Below, piece after piece: positions 39,861-51,900 of a stretch of DNA of 64,000 nucleotides; the first letter of the stretch is position 1, and each line of letters opens with the position of its first letter. A program made the translations under genes and the position numbers. The DNA is from Lineus longissimus. Lineage: Eukaryota. The notes beneath the pieces were generated by a model. It had not been told where the DNA came from. It searched no databases and worked only from the letters and a program-made list of their open reading frames with translations. The stretch covers positions 1,736,001 to 1,800,000 of the forward strand of contig NC_088308.1 in NCBI RefSeq assembly GCF_910592395.1. Direction: 5' to 3'.

Positions 39861-39956
39861 TCACTCTTCTTCATCTTTGGGATCTCCCCCATTGGATCGG
39901 TAGGACACAAACGAAGCTGAACGAGTCACGGGGGTTCGTACATATGCTGACGCGTA
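39861..39956 (-). CDS. Mhc: Mhc candidate distal terminal exon: [35 protein letters not shown]
   Basis: Strong acceptor ttttctctgcttctgttccag. Phase 0 matches the internal donor after 43801. Acidic end is typical of myosin tailpieces. Confidence 0.7.
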   Translation of the reverse strand, partial: YASAYVRTPVTRSASFVSYRSNGGDPKDEEE

Positions 39957-42900
39957 CTGGAACAGAAGCAGAGAAAACATAAGCACGTGACATTTTAATT
40001 ATTTATGTAACAGGCCAGGTTGTGCTGTGTTGATTGTAGCTGAGAGGCTATAATTGATTGATTCAATCGTCAAGATCTGGTGATCCCAAGAGTTTGTTCC
40101 CGAAAAGAATGCCCACTGAAGCAGGTGGCCAGGCGTCTGTTCTTTGTCCTTCAACTGGCTTATATCGCAGCAAAAGTGTATTTCTCAAACTGCTTCTGGC
40201 ATTTGAACCAACTAACTCGCTGCTTAAAACGAGTTTTCTGAATTCCATTCTGAATGCTCTGCGGCATTGGCTAACTTGCAGAAAAGAGATAAACTGCCAA
40301 GCATGGATGCAACTAGCTATAGCTAATTCAAAAGCGATTTAAACCAATTTTTAAACCTGCAGTACATAATTTTAGGCTAGAAACACAACAAGCCCGTGTA
40401 TCTTGCATGATAGCTAAAACAAGCTATAGACTTTGATAACCCTGGGTAAAGACAGCAATAATGCTAATAAGCTGAAAATATAAAACGTATAAAAATCATG
40501 CACAGAAACAAAAAAAAACAAACCTACCAACTAGCCGCATGCGAATACGAGAAGTATAAGTTATTTGGATGCAGATAAACATAGATACAGATCACTGTAA
40601 GATAGCACTTTCCATCAGAGGTATAAAAGTTTTTTGGAAAATCAACTGCAAATACTTAGTCAGCTAGTTGTCTCAAATATGTTCCAATGTCAGCTATATG
40701 AACCTCAACAGCGGTATATGTTGCATGCCGATATTACCTCTGCATCTTGACCACAAAGATTTTACATCCAATCAATTTCAAACAAACATAGACTTGAAAT
40801 ATTGTGGCGGTGCATATATGGTGTTTTCACGGTCAGCCATGTTGGAGGGCAGAACAATGATTTGTCGTGGCTGACTTGTTTTCCTTTTTCTGATCCTCAA
40901 GCATGGCAGGAGATGACGCAACGTGAAACCACTTTGTGGTGAATTTCGCACTTACGTCATAATACAGATTATGAGTGCAGACGGTGTGAAAGTAGATTTA
41001 GACTAAATTAGTCCTGAATCATTGTTTACTTATTGTTCAAGGGTAAGCTGAAGAGGTACGGCCTGAGACTCTGTTCCCACAATGGAATGCATTGTTAGCA
41101 AATACTTAGTAAGACAATGCTATGACTGAATCGTCATAGTGATTCCCGTCACACCTGCAATTCGATCAGCGAATCTCTTTTTTTCAATTTAAGGAATTGA
41201 TAGTAAACTGAGGTTCTCGTTGACTCACCAAACTCCACGGGAGTGGAGCTGGGATGTAGGTCAAAACCAAGGCAGTACCGTGGTATTGGGCAAAATGAGG
41301 CATCAATGTCTGTTCTGAAACACCTTAAACTTTATAGGTGGTTGTGGTTGTCTCACCAAAATATCTGAGGTCAAAACGAGGTTAATACATAATCCATAAT
41401 GAAAATGAAACATTTCGACACAGTGTTTTTAAATGTTTTACCAAAGTGTAAAATCAGGTAAGTTCTTAACCAGTGACCTGTATCACGGTATCGATGTTAA
41501 AGACGCAGCGTGTTAATAAATCAACTGCTGACTTACAATTACTCGGAGGGTTCGCGTCGTCTCCTGGTTACTAATGAGAACGAGGCTGGTGGTGGCTGTT
41601 AGAACGAAGACAGATAAGAGAGGACCATGGTAAGGAGCACAACACAGAAAGGGTGGGAGAGGTGCAAAATGAATCTGATGGGAATGGTGGGGCAAGGGAC
41701 ACTCGCTCAGGGCAATATGTACAAAATATATGTGGCATCGATTTTGAAAACATCACAAAAACCACAATCTTTCATTCCATAGAACTTCTCTTTGCTAGAA
41801 CCAATATCACAGCGATGAGTCGGATGAATATAAGTATACTGGTTCCGGGCATCAATAGACACGCCGGCCCGAATCTCTTCTCACGCGACATTAAGAGGGT
41901 TAAGTACACTCCTTACACCCATTAATTTCATCAGCCACAATAGATCGGGCGGGTCAATTGTCACTGGAACTTTATTCCACGCTCTCGCGCGGCCATTCGA
42001 TATGTCACCATAATGTGTAGCGGAGATGCATTGCTGATGACAACCCAAGGCATTGGACTCTGAATTAGAGAACTTCGCGATGGGAATTTACGAAGTTCAC
42101 GCTGCAAATGTGAGTACAGTTCATGTGATGCTTTCATAAATTTGTCAAAGGGGTTGATGACAATGAAATCAAGGATACTATACAACACATAATGCAAGAA
42201 ATATAAACTGGTAAGGCTATATAGAATGAAATGAATGGCTATGACTATATCTATCTATGGTCTGGACAACCAATATTGACTTTCCACTCGAAGGGTACGG
42301 GCTCTCACTGCCATGCAAAATCACCCTCGTCAAAATTACCTTATGTGTTAAAAAAAGGAGTTTATGAGATTTCCCTTTTACTTTGCTGGCTGAAATGTCA
42401 AATCGTTCTTATGAGGAACTGTCTCAGAATGTCGCCACGGTCTATGATTTCCTCACCGACATAAGCAAAATGGTGACTGTATTATAAGTTTCTGCTCAGC
42501 AAGTATGGTTGACTCTTATGTAATATTCCGAGAGACAATGTAATTGCTAGTCAAAGTTACCCGTATAGAAATGGCCAAAAATGTTACAAATTGTGCCGAC
42601 AGTTCGAGACCCAAGTCAGACATCCACTTCATAGTATGTTAATATTATGTGCTAAGGTGTGCATGTTAAATTGAGATTTCATAATATTCTACTGACGAGA
42701 GTTAACATGAAGAATGTGATGTTATAGACCAATAACGGCAGTTTCTGAATTCAGTTTAAGGTACTGTGTCGACGAGCTTAAGCTGGTTGAGTAGCACCGG
42801 TACAAAAGGCATATTTCAGCTGTAAGAAGGCTTATGTGTGAAAGACGTGCCTCAACCCTATTCAACACGTCGGCACAGTTTTTAGATGACTAAAGATGAA

Positions 42901-45900
42901 TTATAATCTAGTCTACTTTCTGAAAGGAAATCGATAGAAAACTCTTGAACAGTGTTGCGATACTCTGCAATCAAAATTAAAAACAATGCAGAAAAAATGT
43001 TTTTGATTTTTCCTGCTAGTTTATAGGTCATTAAAGTTGATGCGTTCTTTTGATGCATGGCAATCACATCAACTGTTCAAGAGTCGAGCAGAAGGCATTT
43101 CGTAACTTACAGCACCGTCTCCAGGGAACTCTTAGAAAATTCTAAAACGTATTTTCGATTTGCTTCGAATTCTGATATATATAATTCCAGCTACATGTAG
43201 TACATGTAAGCTATCTTCGACCCGCTGGTAGAACTTTCAATTATTTGGCCCATTGTTTAGCTTCTCTAACACTTTTTCGTTGATGATATTGAAATGAATG
43301 ATTAGAAATACTTTCAATAAGCAAAGATGGGGAAGGACTGATTTTATAGACATTCGCATACATGTTTCAAGTGCTAGATTTTGTCTTGAAATTTTTGTGT
43401 GAAATATGTTGCTGGGGAGATAAATTCAGTGCAAAACTATCATAAAAGCATGATAATCAAGCTTGAATTTCCGCAGCTTATGTACAAAGCTGGAGAGATA
43501 AAATGGGGTGAATTGAGGGCAAGAAATAATCTATTCTGAAATAAGCATTGGAAAATTTGGGTGGCTTTGCGAACTCGTGCAAAACAGAAGCAGTGAAAGG
43601 ACTTGAACTTGAGCGACATTATATACAAAATAAGCGTTAGAGATGTTCCCATCTGTTTAAGGGTACAGGCCTAGTATTCCAGTTTCTCTACCGTTTCTAA
43701 TCTAAATTCAATACGAGTTCCCCGTTTAGCTGCTGAGAGTTCTCGAGCTCTTCGACTTGTGCTCGTAGGAGATCTCGACGGATGATCCGCCTGCGCCTAC
43801 CGCTGAGCTGCGTCCAACAGACACGGAACTCCTGTTCTTGGCACGGAGTTTCCCAAGGGCATTCTCAGATGCATCAGCACGCTCCTCGGCCTCTTCAAGT
43901 TCGTGTGTCACCTTACGGAATTTGGCCAAGTTGATGGCAGCAATTTCCTCCTGAAGAGACAAATCAAATTACGGTAGATCGGAGTTATTTTTTTCGAACA
44001 TCTTTCAAGACAATCTGATCAAGGCAAAGTAAGGCCAGGGTGTACGGTTAGGTAATAAATTAACTCTGCAAACCTCAGATCGATCAAAACAGTTTGTGTC
44101 CCGACCCTAAAAGTACGAAAAAATTATAGATAAACTTCAGACACAAAAGCCCAACATCATCCCAAAACCGGATTCCAATCCTTTATCTGTTTGTCCGGGA
44201 GCTGAGCGACTTTTATTTAACATGCAGGCTACAAATGATTTTAATGTGTTGTGGGATAGAGTACGCCTACCTGACCATAGGAACCCAATTCCTAAGTTTT
44301 TCCAGTTGTGGGTGCAGGAGATAGAGGGGTTAGAATTTTTGTTAATGACTTCATCATTGGACCACAAATGGAGCTCTGTACAGGACCACAAGCTTCAATG
44401 TACACGTAAATCTTGAACGGTTGGATTCAGACCATCTAAATGTACTCCTACACCCACCACTGGAAAAGCTCAAATGAATACTTACGGCTTCTTCAACCTG
44501 TCTCTTGTAGGTCTTGATCTTGTTCTGTAGCTTGTCAACCAATTCTTGGATACGCTCTTGGTTCTTGCGGTCCTCGTCAGACTGGAATGCCAGCTCCTTG
44601 AGGCGGCGGTCAGCCTTGCGCGTGTTCTTCTGGGTCTCGACGTGGCGGCGCTGTTCGGCGTCAAGTTCAGCTTCCACTTCATGGACCTGCATTACGAAAT
44701 TTAAACGCCAATTTAAAAACAAGGAGGAAAATATAGCACACCCAATTACATGTAAGATCAAGACAAGAAAAGCATGGAACTCGTTTAACTAACATTGTTA
44801 CATTTCCCGATTTTCTTAGTTGCCCAGGTTTTACACACCCGTGAACATCAACCGTTGTTATGAACAACTTGCATGGGTCCTGTGCGTTTGTCACCAACGC
44901 TGGTACTAGTTTTACTTTGCGTTATCTCCTTCAGTTGAGTCCATCAGGTTAGCGGTAAGTTACATGTAACTCTCATCCTTGTAACAGCCACAATAAACAG
45001 TGATAGTGACCTACCCTGGATTCTAGTTTCTGGAGCAGCCTCTTGCCTCCCTTCATGGCAGATGCCTCGGCTTCATCCAGGCGGACCTGCATTTCCTTCA
45101 GCTGGGATTCCAGGTTCTTCCTCATCTTCTCGATCTGCATGGTGTGGTCCTGTTCACTTCGGAGTTCCTCAGCAAGGCGGGAAGCATCAGCCATTGACTT
45201 CTTGCTCCTCTCGTCGGCATTCCTGATCTCGTTGCTCTGCTCGTCGAGGTCGGCCTGGTAAAGGAATGACAACAACAAATTAAGAAATAATGACCAATGT
45301 TTGGATGCTTTTACATTCTCTGACACATCACTGAGATATAACGCTGTTCAATCCGTTCTCATGTCATTGTGACTTGACGATAATGATAATGTTGATGATG
45401 ATGATGATGGTGATGATCGAACATTTCTCTCACCTGCATGGCGGCGATATCAGCCTCAAGCTTCCTCTTGTGACCAGCGAGAGATGTATTCTGGACTGAA
45501 AGCTCATTGACGCGGTCTGATGCCTCATGGAGCTCACTATCAGCAGCCTTGCGGGCTCTCTCAGCGGACTCCACGGCAGTTCTCAGCTCATCGACCTCAG
45601 CGTGGAGGGAGTTGGCACGGCGCTCAGCCATGGCAGCTTGCTCACGGAGCTCATCGCGCTGGCGCTGTTCATCTTCAACAGCAGTCTGGAGTTCCTGTGA
45701 GATGGAAAGATTGACTTCAATAGTTAGATTTGATATGCTTTTCTGTTAGACTATGGTAATGCGCTTCTCTCCAAGTATGTAATTCATTGAAAATATATTT
45801 ACATATTTGGATTTCGTCTTCTCTCGGGTTCTTCAAAGCCTTCAAAATCTTCTAATCAAAGCATATGATCATAAGTGAGATGCACCATGAAAGAAACGGA

Positions 45901-48900
45901 GAAACGATACAGCTTCCATTTGTTCACAAGAAATGGGGAGAATAAGTTCTTACTCTAATTTGTTGTTGGTATTTCTTGATGTTCTTCTCGGACTCGGCGC
46001 GGACTCTGTTGGAAGAGTCCAGTGCAACCTCGAGCTCGTTGATGTCACCCTCCAGTTTCTTCTTGGCCTTGACGGCATCGACCTTGCCCTTACTCTCAGC
46101 ATCCAAGCTAGCCTGCATGGAATCCATAGCGCGCTGGTGGTTCTTGCTGTAAGTTGGCGACAGATTAGCATTCATGGGGAGGGCCAGTTGGAAAGGAGAT
46201 TGGGTAACCTTTCAGCCATAGGGAGGTCAAATACAAAGTACAGAATCGTGTTTTTGCACTTTCTAGAATATGCACCAATCGATTGCCGATTACCCGGTGA
46301 AGGGAATTTCCCACTGGCCGTCATATTCAAAGCTTTTGAATATAACACCGTATATTTCACTTTGTTTGTTCTCGTTAAGTAAAAAAAGGCAATTTTACAT
46401 TTTCATCGATGGCCTGAATTATCGCTAAATTATGACACTTTTCCGAATTAGTTGCCCGAAAGAACAACATAAGTCATGAACAAAACTCAAATTAAAAAAC
46501 AAAATAAACGTTTGCATCTAAAATACTCAAAAATAACCATGACATAACCTAAATAAATTGATTTCTGAAATGAAATAATGAACAAAATCGACACGATAAG
46601 ATCATCCAAGAATGCTAGTTTTATACCCAGGGTGAGGATGGGTGCATGCAGTGAAGGTGTTTTTTAGGGTTTAGAGAAAGATTGCGTTCGACCTATACGC
46701 ACTAACCCTGACGTCATGCAAAAAGTGATTTCTTATTTTCATAATGGCTTGGTTTGGTTTTTGAGGCATTAGAGAGGAGATTTGGTAAGATGGGTTTTCG
46801 AGTCTTGGTATGTGGTATTAAGAGGTTTATTTAGGTGTTGAGGTTTCTGTGGAAGATGGTTTAGGTCGGATAAAGGGTAGGTATTTAGGTATGATTGGAG
46901 GGTGTGGGTGTGAAACGTAGATTTGCGTCTCAATTGACAAAAGGAGTTGACATCCCTATCTGTGGTTTGAGACTTAGGTAGGTGTAAGGAGAGGTTGATT
47001 ACATTATTGAATCATCTCAACATACCATACAAAGATTAAACTCCAACTGATGTGCTCCTAGGAGACACCTCAGCGTGAATTTTACCCCTTTTAAAAAATA
47101 ACCAAGTCTACTCAAAAACTGTACCACTTGATAGCATGTTCACTTAATGTGGAACATTAAATGAGTAGAACTTTAAAATAAATATCTCGATCATGACTCG
47201 GGGGAACAGAGAAGGAACGGAACATCCAGCTACAAAACAGATCACGAACTAGGTCCATGGCAGGTGAAGAAGGCCTCACAGGCACTTAACAGTTCATGAT
47301 TATTCGACTAGAGGAGAGTGCATAGTGAGTGTGAACAGTTTGGAGTTGGAAGTTGTGTTGAAATAGTATTGAAGTACAGTTTGCTTTTAAGTTAGCGTTT
47401 GTAGTTTGAAGACAGTTTTGAAAGAAACAATCAAGAGAGCTGAAATTTCTGTACTTTTTGTGTAAATAACTGTTTACTCAGCCTCTTCGAATGAACATCT
47501 ACAAGACACTAAACTATGAAGCCTTTCTACATGTCTACATGTACGTATGCTTACAGATTTTTTTTCTAGCGTATTAAATGCGGCAGGCATTGTAAAGAAA
47601 TTTACAGCAGTGCGAACTGTATGTACTGTAAATGAGAAGACTGAGCGCAGGCATGTCGGATGGTGCAGTTGTGCAATTGATGTTGAGCAGAATGTTCCAC
47701 GGCTTAATTAGATTCTATTGAATTGCGTTCATCACAAAATGAAAGCGGTGTTAACAAGTTTATCAAGCGTAGTACATTGCATCAGAATCTATAATTGGAA
47801 TATTCTGATTGTATTACCTAAAGCACAATGCTCTGTATCGTTTCCAAGCATAACAGAAGTGATGGTCAATTTATTTTAGATATCACTACCAATGTTATTT
47901 CATATTTAGCTTAGCACCATATGAGTATGGTATACGAGTTTTAACAAATGGACACAACAGAAAATTAAGATAAAAGTGTCATGCAAAAGAAAGAAAGACT
48001 GAGCATTTAGAAGTGATAGAAGAACTTAATTTAGTGCCAACCCAACTCGCGGTATCTCACGTACATTATGCACCAACCAGCCTTGTTAATTTCAAGAGAT
48101 TCACTCTGACTTTTTTTTATTTGTTCGAGTCCGTTAATTAAGCTGGCTTTGAAGCTTCAAGGGAATTTCGTCCTCAGAATGCAATCCAGACCTCGTATTT
48201 GCGCAGTTGCTTTCAGGGCTATTTTCAACTTCAAAATATTTCTTATCATATTTATTTTGTTGTAAGGTTTACAGTTTGGGATATTCTTGAGTCGTTTGAT
48301 ACGCATTTCATATTGTCATGTTAATGTACTTTTCCAAGTTTGCAGTTTTGTAATGATTTAACTTGGGTGGCACAGAGAAAATAACATATAAAACGTAAAG
48401 AACTTAAGGTAACAGAATTTTATAGAAACGAGAATTAAGTGTCTGTGAAATCTATAACCTAAACTGCCATGCACTAAGCCACGTGTCTGCTTGACATACC
48501 GAGTGTTCTCAAACTCCTCCTCTTTCTCCTGTAGTCTCCTGTCGATGTCTTGGCGGATTTGGGAAAGTTCCAGCTGTCCACGCATGACCTTGGCTTCCTC
48601 CTGTTCAAGGGCAGCCTCGGCCTCCTCTAGAGCCTGCTGAAGTTCTTCCTTCTCCATCTGCAGCCTCTTGCGAGCCTTGTCCAGCTCGTGGGTGCTGCGG
48701 CCGCCCTCGCCGAGCTGCTCAGTAAGGTCGTGGATCTCATCTAGAATGAGAGAACACAAGGTATAGTCAAAGAACATTGAGCATTACTTATAACATCAAA
48801 GCCTGTGATATCATGCTTCCGTCCTAAGAGTAGGCGTCCACCGATTTTGCTTGCATCGCAAAGGGCATGCGAAATCGCACAACCATCCTTTCTTTGGGTG

Positions 48901-51900
48901 TTTGGGTGTGCAGTGGGGCATAAACAAAGCCATAATATGTGCGTTGTCGCAATTTCATGCAGTAGAGAGACATACACCAAGGGTAGGTTTGCACACCCAG
49001 ACACCCAAACTAGCGATTCAGGCAAAGTCGGTTTCAATGGAAATCTACCCATCAGGTAAGCATACCCTGAATGCGAGTAGACGCAATTTCGAATAATTTT
49101 CACAATGCATGCGATTTCTGCATTGCTTGGTTGCAGCGCGGCATGAAACATCAAAGCACTGCAGTAAACTTTGTCGCTGTGGTATACACAGTAGATGAGT
49201 ATCAAAACAAAGACACCTACCTGCAAGGTTCTTGTTCTCCCTCCTGAGAGCATTGACCACATCGTGGTTCTCCTCGACAACGGACTTCAGCTTGAAGATC
49301 TCAGTGGAGTAACCGCGAGCTTCCCTGTGGACGTTCTCGAGCTCAGCGTTCAAGTCGTTGCACTTGTGCTGCCATTCGGCGACCGTCTTGTCGAAGTTGC
49401 GCTGCTTCTTCTCAAGGTTGGTGGCAGTGGCGTTGGCCCTCTCGACGTCGATCATGAGATCTTCGAGTTCTCCCTGGAGTCTGGTCTTTGTCTTCTCAAG
49501 GTTGGCACACTTGGCCTGGGCTCCCTCAACCGTAGATTCAGCCTCCTGCAATTTCTGTTGGAGTCTTCGCCTGAAAATAACGCGCGATACATTTAAAATG
49601 TATACCATACGATCTTATAATTGATGAAATCTGGCTATTCTGATCGACAACGAACTTGGTTTGAACGATTTCTTTGATTTTTAACAAGGACTGTAAATGC
49701 ATTTACATTCTTAAAAGGCCACTTCTTTCTGACTTACTTGGCTTCCTCGAGCTCTTCAGACCTGTTGACACCCTCACCCTCAAACTTGGCACGCCATTGT
49801 TGGATTTCGGCATGTGACTTGGCAAGCTGGCGCTGCAGATCAGATTTGCCCTCCTGTTCCTCTTCAAGTTGGTCTCTAAGGCCGTCAAGGTCGGCATTCA
49901 TGTTGCGGACCTCTCCACTCAGCTTGGCCTTGGCCCTGCTCTCTTCATCAGCGGTACGCTTAGCCTCCTCCAACTGTGAAGCAAGGCTGGATTTGACCTT
50001 GGTAAGTGCGCTAATCTGGTGTTCAGCTTCCTCTAGCTGCTTGGCAAGGTCACCGTTCTCAGCCTGGAGCTTAGTCTTCTGTGAGTTCAATTCCATGATC
50101 GCACGGTTAGATTCGTCGACCTTGGAGTTGAGTTCAGAGAGCTGGTGTTCGAGGTTCTTTGCGAGTTTCTCAGATGATCCCTGGGGAGAGAAAACATGGA
50201 GTCATGATCCCTCTACTGAGCGAGTAGATTTGCAAAAGGTATTATCTTAACAACAAAAACACTTTTGGACTTCAGACGTCATTTGGATCTGATATGCATG
50301 TATCATGGAGATTGTTCAAGTTTGAGTCCGAGTACCGTCAAGCCTTTCCAATGAATGATTTTCAAGAAATCATTTAAGTCCAGTACTGTACCTTTTGTTT
50401 TTCAGAGATTTCTAAACTGTTTAAAAGGTCTTCGCATTCCATATCCAAGTCAACTCTCTCTTTCTCTAATCTGCCAAGCACACAAGAAGCATTCGGATAA
50501 TGCATGCAAATAATGGAAAACACAAAAACATTAAGGATAAACATGCAAATGTATGAATAAAGTCATGAAGATGATTTGCTTTATCATTGTCAAAGAACAT
50601 GCTGTGTGAGAATCAAGCGAAAAATTAAACGAAATACACAAACAAATGTTTAAGTTGCTGTTGACTGTAAGTCGGACTGTTGCTTCATGCTGTGTATCGT
50701 ATCACGAAGTCCGTGATCGTATGCAGAGGCTTGTGTAGGTTCGACTTGCAGTCGAGAGTATCCGTTGTCCCTTCCATATGCGTTCAGATTTGGCCACACT
50801 TCTCATGGGCTGTGCCATGCACATGTAGAACAGGTAATGATTACTCCATGTTCCCATCCATATCTCGATGCTTAAGCTTACACCATGCAACAAACAAAAA
50901 AGCGGCTGAAATGAACTGCAAGAAGAAGTTGAAGAACATGCGGCGATTTCTTTTCCTGGGAGTCCACAAGTCTCATGGAAACTTTCAATCGTTATGCTGC
51001 ATAGAAATCTCACCGAGGAGGATGCAAAAGGGATGTAGTGAAGTTGATAAAGCCAATTGAAAGTCTCATGCATCTTGAACCATGCCTGGTCGTACCTTGC
51101 CCTTCTGGACATATTCAAGCTGGGATTGAACGTCATCGAGTTCAGATTTGAACTGGCTCTTTTCCTTCTCAGTCCTGAAGCAAGTTATGGCGACATGAAG
51201 AATGTGCTGACAAAGAGCTTCATTTTGCAAAATTTCAAATGACTTCTCATTTGCTTGACTCTACGTGATCGTCTCCATTGAAATGGTTACAGCAATGTGA
51301 GGTTTTGGGCTCGTGGTAGTTCACCATGATCGCCAGCTATCCCATTTATTAGAAAATCCCTTCTGCGATGGCATTCATCTGTTTCTAGTTATTTAACGGA
51401 ACGAAAATCAGGCACATGGTGCATTACGGATTACAGTTTGTGAAAATGAATTGCCAGGCGCCAAGACGGTGGGTGTAGTATTCTAAATATCAATATCAAA
51501 ACACTAACGGGCTTGCTGCACATAAAGAGAAAAAATCTTGGTTATTGTGGGCGAATTGTCCTACCTGCTCTTGGCCTTCTGGAGCTGGTCGACTTGGTCA
51601 GTCAGCTCGTTGGTAACGTCCTGTTGCTTCTTCCTAATCTGAGCGACCTGGGATTCACTCTGCATGGTCTGTTCCTCAAGGTCACGGCGGAGCTTCTGTA
51701 GTTCCATCTCACGCTTCTTGTTGAGCTCGAGCTGAGCGGCGGTGGCACCTCCAGCCTCATCGAGCCTCTCGCCGAGTTCCTCCAATTCGCGGGCGAGCTC
51801 AGCGCGCTGCTTCTCGACCTGCAGGAGAGTGAGATCACTTTTGAATGGTTTGTCGAGCTTTAGTCTCTGATATCAAACTAATTATTTAGGGCAATATCCG

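Noticed and set aside
40063..40248. Minus-strand ORF ending LLGSPDLDD as a fourth Mhc tail
   Set aside because: No convincing phase-0 acceptor with a polypyrimidine tract; unsupported without RNA data.
40956..41250. Possible small Mhc tail exons with good donors near 40955 and 41228
   Set aside because: Weak acceptors and non-symmetric lengths (47 and 20 nt); could be chance splice-like sites.
45359..45433. Poly-His extension in ORF 45359-45631
   Set aside because: Read-through into an intronic (CAT)n microsatellite beyond the donor at 45433.
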